Source: the human T2T-CHM13v2.0 reference genome, Homo sapiens
Direction: 5' to 3'
DNA length: 64,000 nt
Assembly: GCA_009914755.4 (NCBI GenBank)
Contig: CP068257.2
Coordinates: 32,640,001 to 32,704,000 of the forward strand
The position numbers were made by a program, and so were the translations under genes. Below the pieces are notes generated by a model. It made no database searches, was not told the DNA's origin, and saw only the letters and a list, made by a program, of their open reading frames with translations. Positions 38,881-52,119 of this stretch are shown in pieces. How positions within the stretch are numbered: the stretch's first letter is position 1; each line of letters opens with the position of its first letter.

Positions 38881-41800
38881 GAATTATAATTCTGTTGTAA
38901 TTAATCATAGAGAGGTTATAACTAATCATATAACCTCTCTACACATATTATTTTTAAAAGGTTGACATAATGCTCTGACTTAAAAATAAATAGAAAGTTA
39001 TTTATAATAAAACAGTATGTGTTTCCATAGGTAAATGCTCAGGCAGGAATAAAGTAGAAAATATGATGCCCAACTTGATACCTGGGCCACTATGCCACCT
39101 CCCTGAGAAAGAAACAGATAGAAATGCAGCCTGCTCAAGTGAGCTATGTTGGCCACTCAAACACTGTACAAGGGGAACTGCTGTCAGTAACATGGTGTCC
39201 CAAATAGTGATTGACTCTTGGCAAACAAAATACAACCCTCCCTCTGTTGACATGGTAGTCGCATTCCTGGAAAATTCAGCATATTTAAAAACCTTCCAAG
39301 GAATGCTTTGTGTTTGTATGTAAAACAGAACAGAGATTTTACCTACATGAAGCCCTGGTGAAACGCTTGAACATCAGGCATTATGTGGATGACTCTTCTC
39401 TGCAGGGAATTGTCCCAGGCATTGCAAGATGTCGAGCCTTCTTTGCCCCCACCAAATAAATATCAGTAGGACATCCCCCAGTCACTATGACAAATGAAGC
39501 ACACAAATTGCTAAAATGGTTCTGATCCATTGAGAACCCTTAGAGGAGAGAGGGCTTCAAATCGTCCAAGGGAGCAACTGCAAAGAAAAGACAGGTGTGA
39601 GAGCCAATGGGGTGTGCCATGCTGAAAGTAACGTGTCTGCTTTCCAATCAAATACTTGGAACCTCCAGGGTCAGGAAGGACAGCATAGGACACAGCGACT
39701 CGAGTCCTGTCTGCCATGTCATATGCCTGTGTGGGACTTGGAGGTCTCAACTCTCTTCTCTCATGAGTCAGATGTGATAAGCCCAGCAAAAGACAATTAC
39801 TGATTTCAGAGCGTATAGTCTAGTGATGAAGAAAGACCTAAGCAGGTATATTACAATACAATGTGTGTTAAGTATTGGGTACTGTGGGAGTTTGTAAAAA
39901 GGGACACTGTACCCGGGCTGGGATGTGGGGTATGATAAGGGAATTCTGGTCAAATATCAGAGGGTGACAGAAAGAGTACCCCAGGGAGCAATGTACTTCT
40001 GTGGTGTTGCTTTCATTCTCAGTGGGGACAGAAGATGATGACGTGGACAGGGGACCCTAGTTTCACAGATAGGAAGCAGGATGTGGGGTAGGGAGCTGGG
40101 GTGTCCCCTTGGACCCCATTCTCAATCCTGGTGCCACCTGAACTTCAATCAATACCTGGAACTCCCAAAGTCTCCGTGCCCAAGTCACATCCCATTCTTC
40201 TTCCGGTTTTGTCACCTTTCTTAACTCTGTCTTCTGAATGTAAACTCTACCCTAGCAGCAGAGAACAAATATTCAAGGGTGGCATATCCTGGGGGTTCAG
40301 GTCTGGCTTGAGCTTTGGAGAAGCCGATCCTCTTGGGAGTCACAGTAGGCTCCTGATTCCGTAGACAGCCCCTAGATGCATCTTCCCGGGGCTTGCACCT
40401 ATAGAGATATGGGTACAACATGCTGTACCATCTGGCATCTCCTCCATGATGGCAGAAGGAACTGCCCTCTCTTAGTCCACCCCCACCTCCCATCTGTCCT
40501 CTCCTCAGTTGCACATGTTCCCAGCTGTGTTCACCATCAGGGAGGTTTTCATCCATGTCCAACCTCCTAACAAGGAACTCTGGATTCCAGCTAGAAGATG
40601 GGGACAGAGAAATGTTTAAAGGCACTCCTAATGTCAACAAGAAGAATCAAATTAAACAAAAAAGCTTCTGAGTGGGGTCCAGGGCCTCAAGAACACATCT
40701 TTATACTAGGACTTGGACAAAGACTTTGATGAAGGGAACAAATGGGGAAAATGCAGTCCCTGCTTGTCCTCTGTAAAGCTGAAGGCGGTATAAACACTTC
40801 CAGACATTATTTCTAGCCAGGGAAAGATGCTGACCAGTTGCCCAAAGCCAAAGACTGCCAGGAGTAATAAGAAAACTCTTTAAGCATGATTTTCCCATCT
40901 GTTTAATTTCTTATGCTGAAAAAGAAGAAAAAAATATAAATAAATGATTCAGAGAAATGTCACATGCAATTACCTCCACCAGGGAAAAACAAACAAGGCT
41001 TCACTTCATTAGGAAGGTTCTCATGTGACCTGTGTCTTCTGGTGGGGTGACTGTTCCTCCCGGTTGGAGGTCTTCAACCTAGGAGCTTCCAAGTTGAGTT
41101 GCTCAAGTTCAACTTTGGCTGAAACTTAGCTCTGGCAGCCAGGCAGGACCGTCTCTAAGGGTATCTATCCCACAGGCACCTCCCTCTCTCCTCAATCACA
41201 TTGTCCAAAGATGAAATCAAGTGAAAGGATGCATTGGAGCAGTCTAGAGTATGAGAAGTCAGTGATGGGCCTATTGGTGTTGGCTCAGGTGTGCTGGTGC
41301 AGGGAGGCAGGGGCTTGCCCTATGGGTGTGCTCACCAGCCCACCATCTTTTTTTATTTTAATTTTAATTTTAATTTTTTTAAGCACCAATTGTGCAAACT
41401 AGACTTTAGTCCCTTAGTAGCTTCCCTGGGATCACTAAGATCAAATTACAGCATGGTCTCAGTCGGCAAACACTCTAATGGGCCATGCCCTTGGGGTTGA
41501 TTCTGCCCATCAACATCAGAGCAAAGAAAGCCAATTTGGACCTTTAACTTAAATCTAGTCTTTCGAGGACAGTGAGTGTTTGCCATCCTTGTAAGCCACA
41601 AGCAGTTGATCATTCAACAACTCCCATTAAAAACAGTGTCCTTTAAAAATTCTCTCTGCAGAGCACAGAGCCCAGGGTCTTATAGGCACGGGTCTTCGGT
41701 GAACATTGAAGATGGTGAGTGTTAAGTGGTGGTTGCTTCCTGTGCTAAGACCTCTGCCCCCATGTCTACTGCAAGCAGATGACCACACCACTAGTTTTTC

Positions 41801-42399
41801 AGAAAAAGCCAAGGTCAGGTTCCACTAGCTACTTCAACTTTTCTGTTTCATATATCATAGTTTTTCTAGATCTTTCCTTCCCTTTTTCTTTTCTTTCTCT
41901 TTTATCTCAGAAGAAGGAAAGAGGAGTATGTGTCTTCATCTCCCTTCAGACAAGACCCTAACCTATGTGTTGGTCTCATCTGCTCCTTTCTCATTTGGAA
42001 TCTTTCTCCAATAATTCGTTTCACTTATTCAAATTCTCCCCTCTACTGCCTTCTTCTACTTTGTCTGCAAATGCCTCTAGCTTTCCCTTCATACCTCAAA
42101 CTTGGCTTGTCTAAAAATGCAGTTATGTTTTACCTAACAAAACCAGTCCATCTTTCCAGTGGGAGAAGGTTCTAAGCAACTGAGACCAAACTTTGGAGTT
42201 ATTTTTGATTCATCTGCCTTCTCTGCATGTCTCTGCATTCAGCCCTCTTTTCCATGACCACTGACAAATTTAGCTCAGGTCCCCATTATCTCACATTGGG
42301 AATACCAATGATAATGACAATTGTTTATGAAGTGTTTACTCTTGGCTGGGCACTGTGCTGCATACTTTAGATGCATTATCTCACCGTTCATATTAATCT

Positions 42400-42580
42400 T
42401 AGGGAGTACCTTCTATTATTATCCACCTTTTGCACATGGGGAGACTGAGGCTTAGTAAAGTAGCTTATCCAAGGTCTGTATAGTTGACAAATGGAAGAGC
42501 TAGGATTCACAAGCAGGTCAGCCGACCCACAGCTTGAGCTTTTAACTGTTAACACCAGGCTGACCACTGTGGTTGCTTCC
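42400..42580 (-). mobile_element. MIR SINE (core plus tRNA-related region)
   Basis: ttattatccaccttttgcacatggggagactgaggcttagtaaagtagcttatccaaggtctgtatagttgacaaatggaagagctaggattcacaagcaggtcagccgacc matches MIR (ttatccccattttacagatgaggaaactgaggcacagagaggttaagtaacttgcccaaggtcacacagctag...ggattcgaacccaggc). Confidence 0.6.
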
Positions 42581-44055
42581 AAATCAATCTCATAAACACA
42601 CAGGTCTTCTGTGCTTCCTCTAGTCTACCTTCTTTTCTCTCTCTAATGTACCGTTGGGACTACATCTTCCCCAGCTCAAAATGTCTTGTTGGCTCTTCAC
42701 TGCCTGCAGGGTCAATTGCAAACACCTTAGCTTGGGCATTCAAGGTTCCAGTTCAAAGAGGATATTCATACCTATCTTTTCTGAGAAAATCCCTTCTTAA
42801 CTCTGTCTACTGAAATCTTCTGTTTCCTCCAAAGGCCATCGCAAAGGCCTCCATGAAACATTTTCTTACCACAGTAGCTAGAACAATTGTTCTCTTTGCT
42901 TAAACTGCCATTGTGCTTAATTTGGGCCACTCACATGGTGCTTGTGCTCTGGACTGATTCATAATATGATTATTTGCATATATGTGTTAGTTATATTCTT
43001 GAGGTCAAGATTATTTCTGTTTGTTTTTGCAGCCCTCATAACATCTATCAAAACATCTTAAACTAAGAAGTGTATTAATTAAATTAACTCTGGCTTCGGT
43101 AACAGATAGACTCTCAATATATTAGTGACTTAACATAATGCAAGTTTATTTCTCACTCATGTAAAGTTCAACTGATGATGGAGGGGTGGGAGTAGTGCTC
43201 TGCTCCACAGAGTCATTCAGGGGCCCAAACAGATGGAGACTCTGTTCTCTTCAAAATATGGCTTCCAACTTTGCTTTAGACATTGACAGCAGATGTAGTA
43301 ATACAGAGAATGGGGAGGAAAATGGCATGGGAGGTTTCATGGCCTGTGTCTAGAAGGAGCACATTCCATTGGCTGGAATTCAGTCTCATGGCCACATAAG
43401 GCATAAGAAAGACTAGGAAATGTAGTTCCTGAGTGTTAGGAAGGAGAAGAGATAGATTTGGGTTTTAGCTAACAAGTCCATATTTGTGGAATAAATAATT
43501 CATATATTGCTATTTATTTATCAGGGAGAGAGCTGAGTTAGGAATGGTGGTCTCTGGAGAAGGGTAGACACATCTCATGTGCTCAAGATGATCCATTGCT
43601 ATGAAGAAAGGTGTATTAAAAGATCTTTTTTAAAAATCTAAAACAATAAGAAAGAACTTCAGTGTGGCTGACATTCAGTATATGGAATGACACTGCTGCT
43701 TACATTTGATCCTCATGTCACTGGTCTCATGTCTCATCCAACACATGAGTTACCTTGAGAGGAGAATGTGCCCCTGTGTGCAGGAGATGACAGCAGCCCC
43801 TGTAACCATTCACTTGCATTCAGAGCCTTTTGACAAATTGCAAAATCTGTGAGCTTGGGTAAGTGGGTTCATCTTGTTTTTAACAAAACCAACCTCCATG
43901 AAGTGGATAAATAGCTTTCAATAAACCTATAGAGAAACTGCTTGCTGCAGATAATACTGATGCATGCTCTTTTTTGGCCACATTATGAGGCAGAACAATA
44001 TGAATAGAATCTGTTCTGGCAAAAAGTCACATACACACAAGAATTAAAATGACCA

Positions 44056-44071
44056 AAAAAAAAAAAAAAAA
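44056..44071. repeat. Poly(A) tract, about 16 nt
   Basis: An aaaaaaaaaaaaaaaa homopolymer followed by cccaaacc. Confidence 0.9.
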
Positions 44072-44393
44072 CCCAAACCTGCTTGAAATATGAATTTACA
44101 TTCTCTACCATTAACAATGAAACTCAAGTTAAATATGTATTGCAACTTGTGCTATCAATTAAAGCTGGTGTGAAGTGAACACTATTTGTAAAACATTGAA
44201 AAATGTGTTATCTAGAATATGAAAGTAAATTTTTATAATTTGAATGTTTAGAGCCATTCATTAATCATTTTCAATCCAGCACTTTGCCACAATCACAATA
44301 AATTTGATGATCACTGTTTGAAGCCTGTATTGAAAAAGATTTCTTATTTAATAGTAAAATGTGAAAAGCTATATGCTATGAAGGAAATGCTTG

Positions 44394-44710
44394 GTTTTTT
44401 TTTTCTTTTTTTTTTTTTTCTTTTTAGAAGGAGGCTTGCTCTGTTGCCCAGGCTGGAGTGCATTGGTGCCGTCTTGGCTTACCACAACCTCCGCCTCCTG
44501 GGTTCAAGCGATTCTCCCTCCTCAGCCTCTTGAGTAGCTGGGATTACAGGCACACGCCACCCCACCCAGCTAATTTTTGTATTTTTAGTAGGGATGGGTT
44601 TTCACCATGTTGGTTGGCCAGGCTGGTCTTGAAATCCTGACCTCAGGTGATCTGCCTGCCTCGGCCTCCCAAAGTGCTGTGATTACAGGCGTGAGCCACC
44701 TCGCCCAGCC
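44394..44710 (-). mobile_element. Alu SINE (full length, minus orientation)
   Basis: Long T-rich tail, then ...agaaggaggcttgctctgttgcccaggctggagtgcattggtgccgtcttggcttaccacaacctccgcctcctgggttcaagcgattc...ggcctcccaaagtgctgtgattacaggcgtgagccacctcgcccagcc. Confidence 0.95.
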
Positions 44711-46349
44711 AACACTTGTTATTTCTGTTGTAGTGGCAACAGCTGCAAACTAATGTGTAGAACGCAAACTGATGAGTAAACTAAGATGTATTCTTGAGTC
44801 AGCAAATGCAGCTGGAAGATGCCTTGAAAACATCACTAAAGAATTGAAGAAATAAATACTGGGAGAAATGAGACAGTGTGGGAGGTTTACTCCATAGTTG
44901 GATTGATGTGCTGATGTTTCTAACATGTGGAAGGTGTTAGGAACATCTTATGGAATTTGCTAATTTCACTCAGTAATGGAACACATCCGGGACTACTTTC
45001 CTCGTGAACCTCTAAAAGAAAGATGGACTGGAGAAGATAGGTTTAATGCAAAGTGACTTCTGTAACAAGAACAGTGGTCTATGAGAGAACAGTATCAGGG
45101 CAACCCTAGATGTGGCAGCCAATTTGACCAGAGTATAAAAGGAATCCCAGTATAATCCTACAGAGACAGGTCCAAAGTGACTTTCATTTCCTATTCCTTT
45201 CACAGGCAAGCTATCATTACTAAGATGTTGTCCCCAGAGGGTACAAAGTTTTAGAGGACGGCAGTGAAGAGGCTAACTTTCAAAACAAAATGAACCAATG
45301 AAATAAACACAAAAAACGTTAACATATGCAATACAATTTGGAGTATTCTGTAACAGAAGGGGAAGAAGTATTAGTGAAGACATTTTGTATCACACAGAAC
45401 TTTGCTAGTTATCTGTTGTAAAATACTTGAAAGGGTTGCCCAACTTAGAGATGAGGTATCTAGTTTATTTTACTGTGACTAGCATTGCACATTCACAGAT
45501 GCTGTCTGTGGCACGTGGCTGTCACTGAGGTGGCAGGTATTTTTGCAGTAATAAATAGACATGATCTACAAAGCTAAAGGGGATATTTTAACTTTGAGTA
45601 AGAACATTACTGATTTTCAAGAGTAAATCACCCTATGGAGAAAGCATTTTGGAAACAAAATGCTTAGAAATATCTCTACTACTTTGCTGTATTGTTGAAA
45701 ATGACGTGTTACTATAAAAATTCATCATCTGTGTATTTTTCAAATGGGAAACAATTTTTAGTCTGCTCAAAAAGCTTCCGGAGGAAGAATTTTAGTGTTT
45801 TTAATGTATTTGTTAAAAATATTAAAATGTCACTGTCCTCTGACTAGATTGCAAGAAAATTTTACTGAATCAGGGAAAAAGAAAATGACTAGTCCAATTT
45901 CAAGAAAACCTTTATGGTGGTTAGTATAAAGAATTGGATAATGAGCATTCTGACCCAGTAAGTACGTACAGATATGTGCATGAATCTCTTGTATTTGGAC
46001 AGTAACTTTTTTAGTCAGGATATCCAGTAAAACCATGTCTCTAAAACCAGCATTTTGTTGTTTCACAAATAATAAAACTAAGACCTGCAAAAATAATGAA
46101 GTATATTCAATCATCTTGCTCTCATTAAAGATTTTTTAAAAGTCTCCTTTAATGATCAGAGCATATTCTATGGGAGATGAGTGATGATGCTTTATTTAGT
46201 TTATAAAACTCTTCCAAACGCATGACCATATGTCTTCCTGGCATCTCCACACCAGGTGACTGCAGAGTCATCGACAATAATGAAGTTTCTTAGCAATTTG
46301 AGGAATTTAATAGTTGGGCTCCAAACTAGGGACAAGAAGTTTTCATTCT

Positions 46350-47775
46350 AAAAAAGCCATTGCAGGAAACAATTAATAGAGTGAAGAGACACCCATAGAG
46401 TAGGAGAGGATATTTGCAAACCATACATCTGATAAGGAGTGAATATCCAAAATATGTAAGAAACCCAAACAACTCAATAGCAAGAAAAACAATTCGCCTG
46501 ATTTTTAAAATTGGCAAAAGATCTGGACAGACATTTCTCATAAAAAGACATACTAATGGCCAACAGGTTCATAAAAAAAAATGCTTAGCATCACTAATTA
46601 TTGGGGAAATGCAAATTAAGCCACAATGAGGCATCACCTTACACCTGTTAGAATGGCTATTATCAAAAAGATGAAAAATAAGTGTTGACAAGGATGTGGA
46701 GAAGAGGGAACCCTTGCACACTGTCAGTGGCAAAGTAAATTAGCACAGCCATGATGGAAAACAATATGGAGGTTCCTCAAAATATTAAAAATAGAACTAC
46801 CCTATGATCCAGCAATCCCACTTTTGAGTATATATCAGTTTGTCAGAAAGATATCTGCACTTCTATGTTTATCATTCACAATGACCAACAAATGAAATCA
46901 ATGTAAGTGTCCATCAGTGAATGAATGGATAAAGAAAATGTGGCATATATACACAAATAAATATGATTCATGATTTTTTTTTTTTTTTGTTGAGATGGAG
47001 TCTCACTCTGTGGCTCAGACTGGAGTGCAGTGGCGTGATCTTGGCTCACTGCAACCTCCACCTCCCGGGTTTAAGCAATGCTCTGCCTCAGCCTCCCAAG
47101 TAGCTGAGATTACAGGCACGTGCCACCATGCCCAGCTAAATTTTGTATTTTTAGCAGAGACGGGTTTTCACCATCTTGATCAGGCTGGTCTTGAACTCCT
47201 GACCTTGTGATCCACTCGCCTCAGCCTCCCACTCCCTGGCGCCGCTTGTGGAGGGCCCAAGTCCTTCTGATTGAGGCCCAACCCGTGGAAGAAAATTCTT
47301 TTATTTGCAACAGCATGGATAAACTTGGAGGACATTATGCTAAGTGAAGTAAGCCAGGCACAGAAAGACAAATACCACATGATCTCACTCATATGTAGAA
47401 TCTAAAAAAGTCAAACACATAGAAGTAGAGAGTAGAATGGTGGTTACCAGAGGCTGGGGGAAAGGGTGGCTGAGGGGAATGGGAAGATGTCGGTCAGAGG
47501 GTACAAAGTTTCTGTTAGATAGAAGGAATAAGTGATTGAGATTATTGCACAGCAGGGCAGCTCTCGTCAATGATAATATCATGTATATTTCAAAACAGCT
47601 AAGATAGTCCATTTCAAATGTCTCACCACAAAAAACGAAAAGTGAGATGATAGAGGTATTAATTAGCTTGATTTAATCATTCCGCATTATACACATATAT
47701 CAAAACATTGCATTGTACCCCACAAATGTATACAGTTATGATTTGTCAATTGAAAGCAATATTAATTTTAAAAAG
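46350..47775 (+). mobile_element. L1 3' fragment (ORF2 C-terminus plus 3' UTR), interrupted by the Alu at 46974-47230
   Basis: Track ORF 46414..46629 (...RKTIRLIFKIGKRSGQTFLIKRHTNGQQVHKKKCLASLIIGEMQIKPQ) parallels L1 ORF2 ...[48 protein letters not shown]. Downstream ...gaaaatgtggcatatatacacaaataa... and ...gcaacagcatggataaacttggaggacattatgctaagtgaagtaagccagg...cactcatatg continue the L1 3' end. Confidence 0.85.
46974..47230 (-). mobile_element. Alu SINE, minus orientation, lacking about 45 bp of its 5' end, inserted in the L1 fragment
   Basis: Poly-T, then ...gagatggagtctcactctgtggctcagactggagtgcagtggcgtgatcttggctcactgcaacctccacctcccgggtttaagc...gtgatccactcgcctcagcctccc. It is followed by non-Alu actccctggcgccgcttgtggagggcc. 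Confidence 0.9.
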
Positions 47776-50304
47776 CTATCCACTGACTTACCATGCAAAA
47801 CTAAAATTTGAATAATGCTTAAATTGATAGGTAAGGTGAGGGGAAAATACCGAGTAATGTCTCCTGCACTGATTCAACACATGTTGGTTCTCTCCCATTT
47901 GGCAGACATCGTATGCACAAGGATACCTAAGAGAATACCCCTGCTCTCACAGAAATTATAGCCTAGATCAGACCAGTGACTGAACGTGACAAAGTCACAC
48001 CAAAATGCTGACTACAAATATTTCCTCCTCCTACTTTTTTTTTTTTTGGTTGTTAAATTTCTTTTGGAAAGTGGCTTAATTCTACCTCTCCTCCAAATTC
48101 CTGTCATTGTGCTTCTGGTGTCCCTGACAGGAACCAGAGAAGCCTGTCATTCCAGAATCATGACACTTTCCTGCAACTAATTAAGGTTCTTCCAACTGTT
48201 CATCTGTTTTTAGCCCGAATCTTCTTAAAATCTAAAGATTTGTATCTCTGACTCTTTTTACATTTTCCTCACAACTTATTCAACGTTCGTCTCGAAGCTG
48301 CTGACAGCTTTTGCTTACCTTCCTATGGTAGGAAAACAGAGTGGCAGGCTGGATTGACGTACGGAGGGCCCTGGAAATAAACAACCATGATTTATGAGCA
48401 TTTATTGTGTTCTAAGTATGAGGCTGAGCACTTTACATATTTTATTTAATTTTCCTGGGGCTTTACCAAATGACTCAGTCCCCAGGAAGACATCCACTTT
48501 CAAGGAAGAGGGCAGGACCAGCACCCGCGTCCACACAACTGTGAGCAGGTGACAATGCCCATCATTGAGTGGGCATTCAACATTTCTTCTCCCCACTCGT
48601 GTCATCTCCTGACATTCCGTGCCTCTCCCTTGGGGAACAGCCCTTTATATAGCGCAAGTGATTAGTCATTGCCAAATAAGCAAAAAGACTTTAAAAACTT
48701 AGTGTTCAGAAGTATTTAGTGGAAAAAGTAATAAATAAACCCAAGGCTTATTATTCCTCATCTATGGATAAAAACTCAAAGACTGCCAGACACTACACAG
48801 TCATAGGATGGCTTTCCCATAAAGAGAGAAGGGAGGGAGAGTGACAGGCATAGGAATGGTTGCCTGTTTCACCTCCCCATGCTCCTCTGACCCAGCCTCA
48901 GTTGGGCCTTAGGATCATCCAGAGACCCTCCCCAGACTAATTAAGTCAGAATCTCTGGGCATAGGGCCAGGGCATCATGATTTCTTTAAACACTCCCCTG
49001 AACTATTCCAGTGACCAGCCAGGGTGACAGCAAGAACCTTGTCAGTTTGTATCCCACCTCTCAGGGAATGAACTTCTGGAAGTGAATTCCCAGTCCCCAG
49101 TGGCCACATCTCCACAATGTCCTGTTGCTTGGTCTAACCCAATGAGATAGACCCCCAGTGTAAACCTGTGCACCTGTCTTCCTCCCCATGGGGGCTTCGT
49201 CAGACACCAAGAGGACGTAGCAGTGCTGGAGAGAGGGGCTAAGGGAACTCCAGGTCCATGGCCATGGTGGTCTGGACTTCTTTAAGCCCCAGAGAGAATG
49301 GACTTCTGGTGGAGCTGCCAAGGTGAGAACCTAGTTTCTCAAGGACAGGTCACAGGTCACCTGGCAGCTACCCCCCTGCCTCCTGGAATCGGTGATCCAA
49401 TCCCAGCTGCTGCCTGACCAGCTCTCTCTCCTAACCCTGCTCCCCACGCCAGACATTTCGCTTACCCCAACCTAGTGAGTGATCATCCTGCATGACCCCT
49501 GTTCCCCTTACTGCCATCCTGAACTCTGCCTTAGGCTAAAATTTGGATTCAGATCAGCTGTCTGTGCTCAGGCTCCCTGGCCTTCTGGTATGGAGTCCCC
49601 CAAGCAGAGATCCATGGCTTCCTCTGACCCTAGGGGTCTGTCTGTCTTCCAGTTCTGGTGTTTTCCAGCCCCCTCATTCCCCCTTCTGCCTAAGCTTTGC
49701 TCATGACATTTTTCACAATTGTCTCATCCAAGGTTTCCACAAGGAACCAGATCTGGTCCCCACAAGTGTGTGGTGAGCTTTAAACAAACACTCACAGTGC
49801 CATGATGGCCACCAACTTTAGCTCCCAGGGAATGGGTTGAAAACTCAGAGCAGAAGAAAATGTGGTTTCCGGCATCAGTCTTATAAGTGCATAAGTATCC
49901 TGGTGAGTGGTAAAAAGAACCCCAGCTGTTTATTTTACTTCTCCCTCAACTCAAGTTGAAGACTTCTTGCCTATAAACTATGAAGATGCAAATTACTGTG
50001 GCCATTTTGTGGGCTTTTCTATTATAGCAACCACTCATTTTTATGGTGGTTCAACATTATGCAATTTTGAAATTTTAGGTGAAAAACTTGATGAACTCCC
50101 AGCATTCCTGTTTACACCAGTGGAATTTTACCAAGCTTGGGAAGGGCAATTGATCCGGACACTTGTGGAAACTACAGAGAACCAGCCTTGGGCACACCTT
50201 GGTGTCCACTGTGGCATGCTCTTGCGGTCAGCAGCTAGAGGCTGCAGGAAGCTTGTGGAGAGAAATTTCCCTAGGGTCCTGGCCTGGGGAGCATACTTTA
50301 GCTT

Positions 50305-50440
50305 CTCACAACTCAAAGTGTGGTCCAACGACCAGCAGCATCACCTTCATCTGGGAACTTGCTAGACATGCAGAGTCTCAGGCCCCACCCAGACCTACCG
50401 AACCAGTCAGGAGATTAACAAGATCCTGAGGTGACTCAGG
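50305..50440 (+). mobile_element. MER5-like (hAT-Charlie type) DNA transposon fragment
   Basis: caactcaaagtgtggtccaacgaccagcagcatcaccttcatctgggaacttgctagacatgcagagtctcaggccccacccagacctaccgaaccagtcaggag resembles the MER5 consensus (cagtggttctcaaagtgtggtccccggaccagcagcatcagcatcacctgggaacttgttagaaatgcaaattctcgggccccaccccagacctactgaatcag). Confidence 0.55.
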
Positions 50441-50540
50441 TCCCATATTTCCTGTTCAAGAAGCAGCAGTGTTTTCAGCCCCTTCTTTCTCTTTCCCTGA
50501 GTGTTACTATTCTCCCTCAAGGAAATACTTGATCCAATAG

Positions 50541-51231
<691 letters not shown>

Positions 51232-51776
51232 TGACAATTGTTTACAATAAAATGGATTGTTCATGAAGTATGCTTCCCTATCCATTCAGATGGTTTCACA
51301 TTTGGTTATTTCACTGCCCAGTAGCTCCTCTTCCAGGAGGGAGATGAGGGAGACGAAAGGAAAGGAGGGATTTTTTTTGACTTATTTGACTTTGACTTAT
51401 TTAGGCGGTTCCATGAACTCAGCAAAATAGTCCTCCCCACCCCCAAATTGTTCTCATTTAGTCTGCATAATCATAAATAACATATCCAACACAAAGTTTT
51501 GGGAATTTGTCAGGTTTTCTCCATGTTTGTTTCACCAGTGATAAAATAAGGAAGGCAGTCACCTGTAATGCAGTGGTTCTTACCTGAATGAAGACAGGGC
51601 TCACTTGGGAAGCTTTTTAAAAATACCAATGCCCAGGCCCGCTTCCAGCCCTATTAGGTGGGAGTCTTTGGAGGTAAGGGCAGGCAATGGTATTGTTATC
51701 AAAGCTCTGCAGGTGATTGTAATGGAGAACTCTTAAAATCATTAGAAAGTTGAGAACCTCTGGTCTAGTAAACTAG

Positions 51777-52119
<343 letters not shown>

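Noticed and set aside
49907-50365. 152-aa ORF (+ strand) in unique sequence
   Set aside because: No recognisable motif. Its 3' end runs into a MER5-like DNA-transposon fragment (…KVWSNDQQHHLHLGTC is a translation of the MER5 consensus). An ORF of this length is expected by chance.
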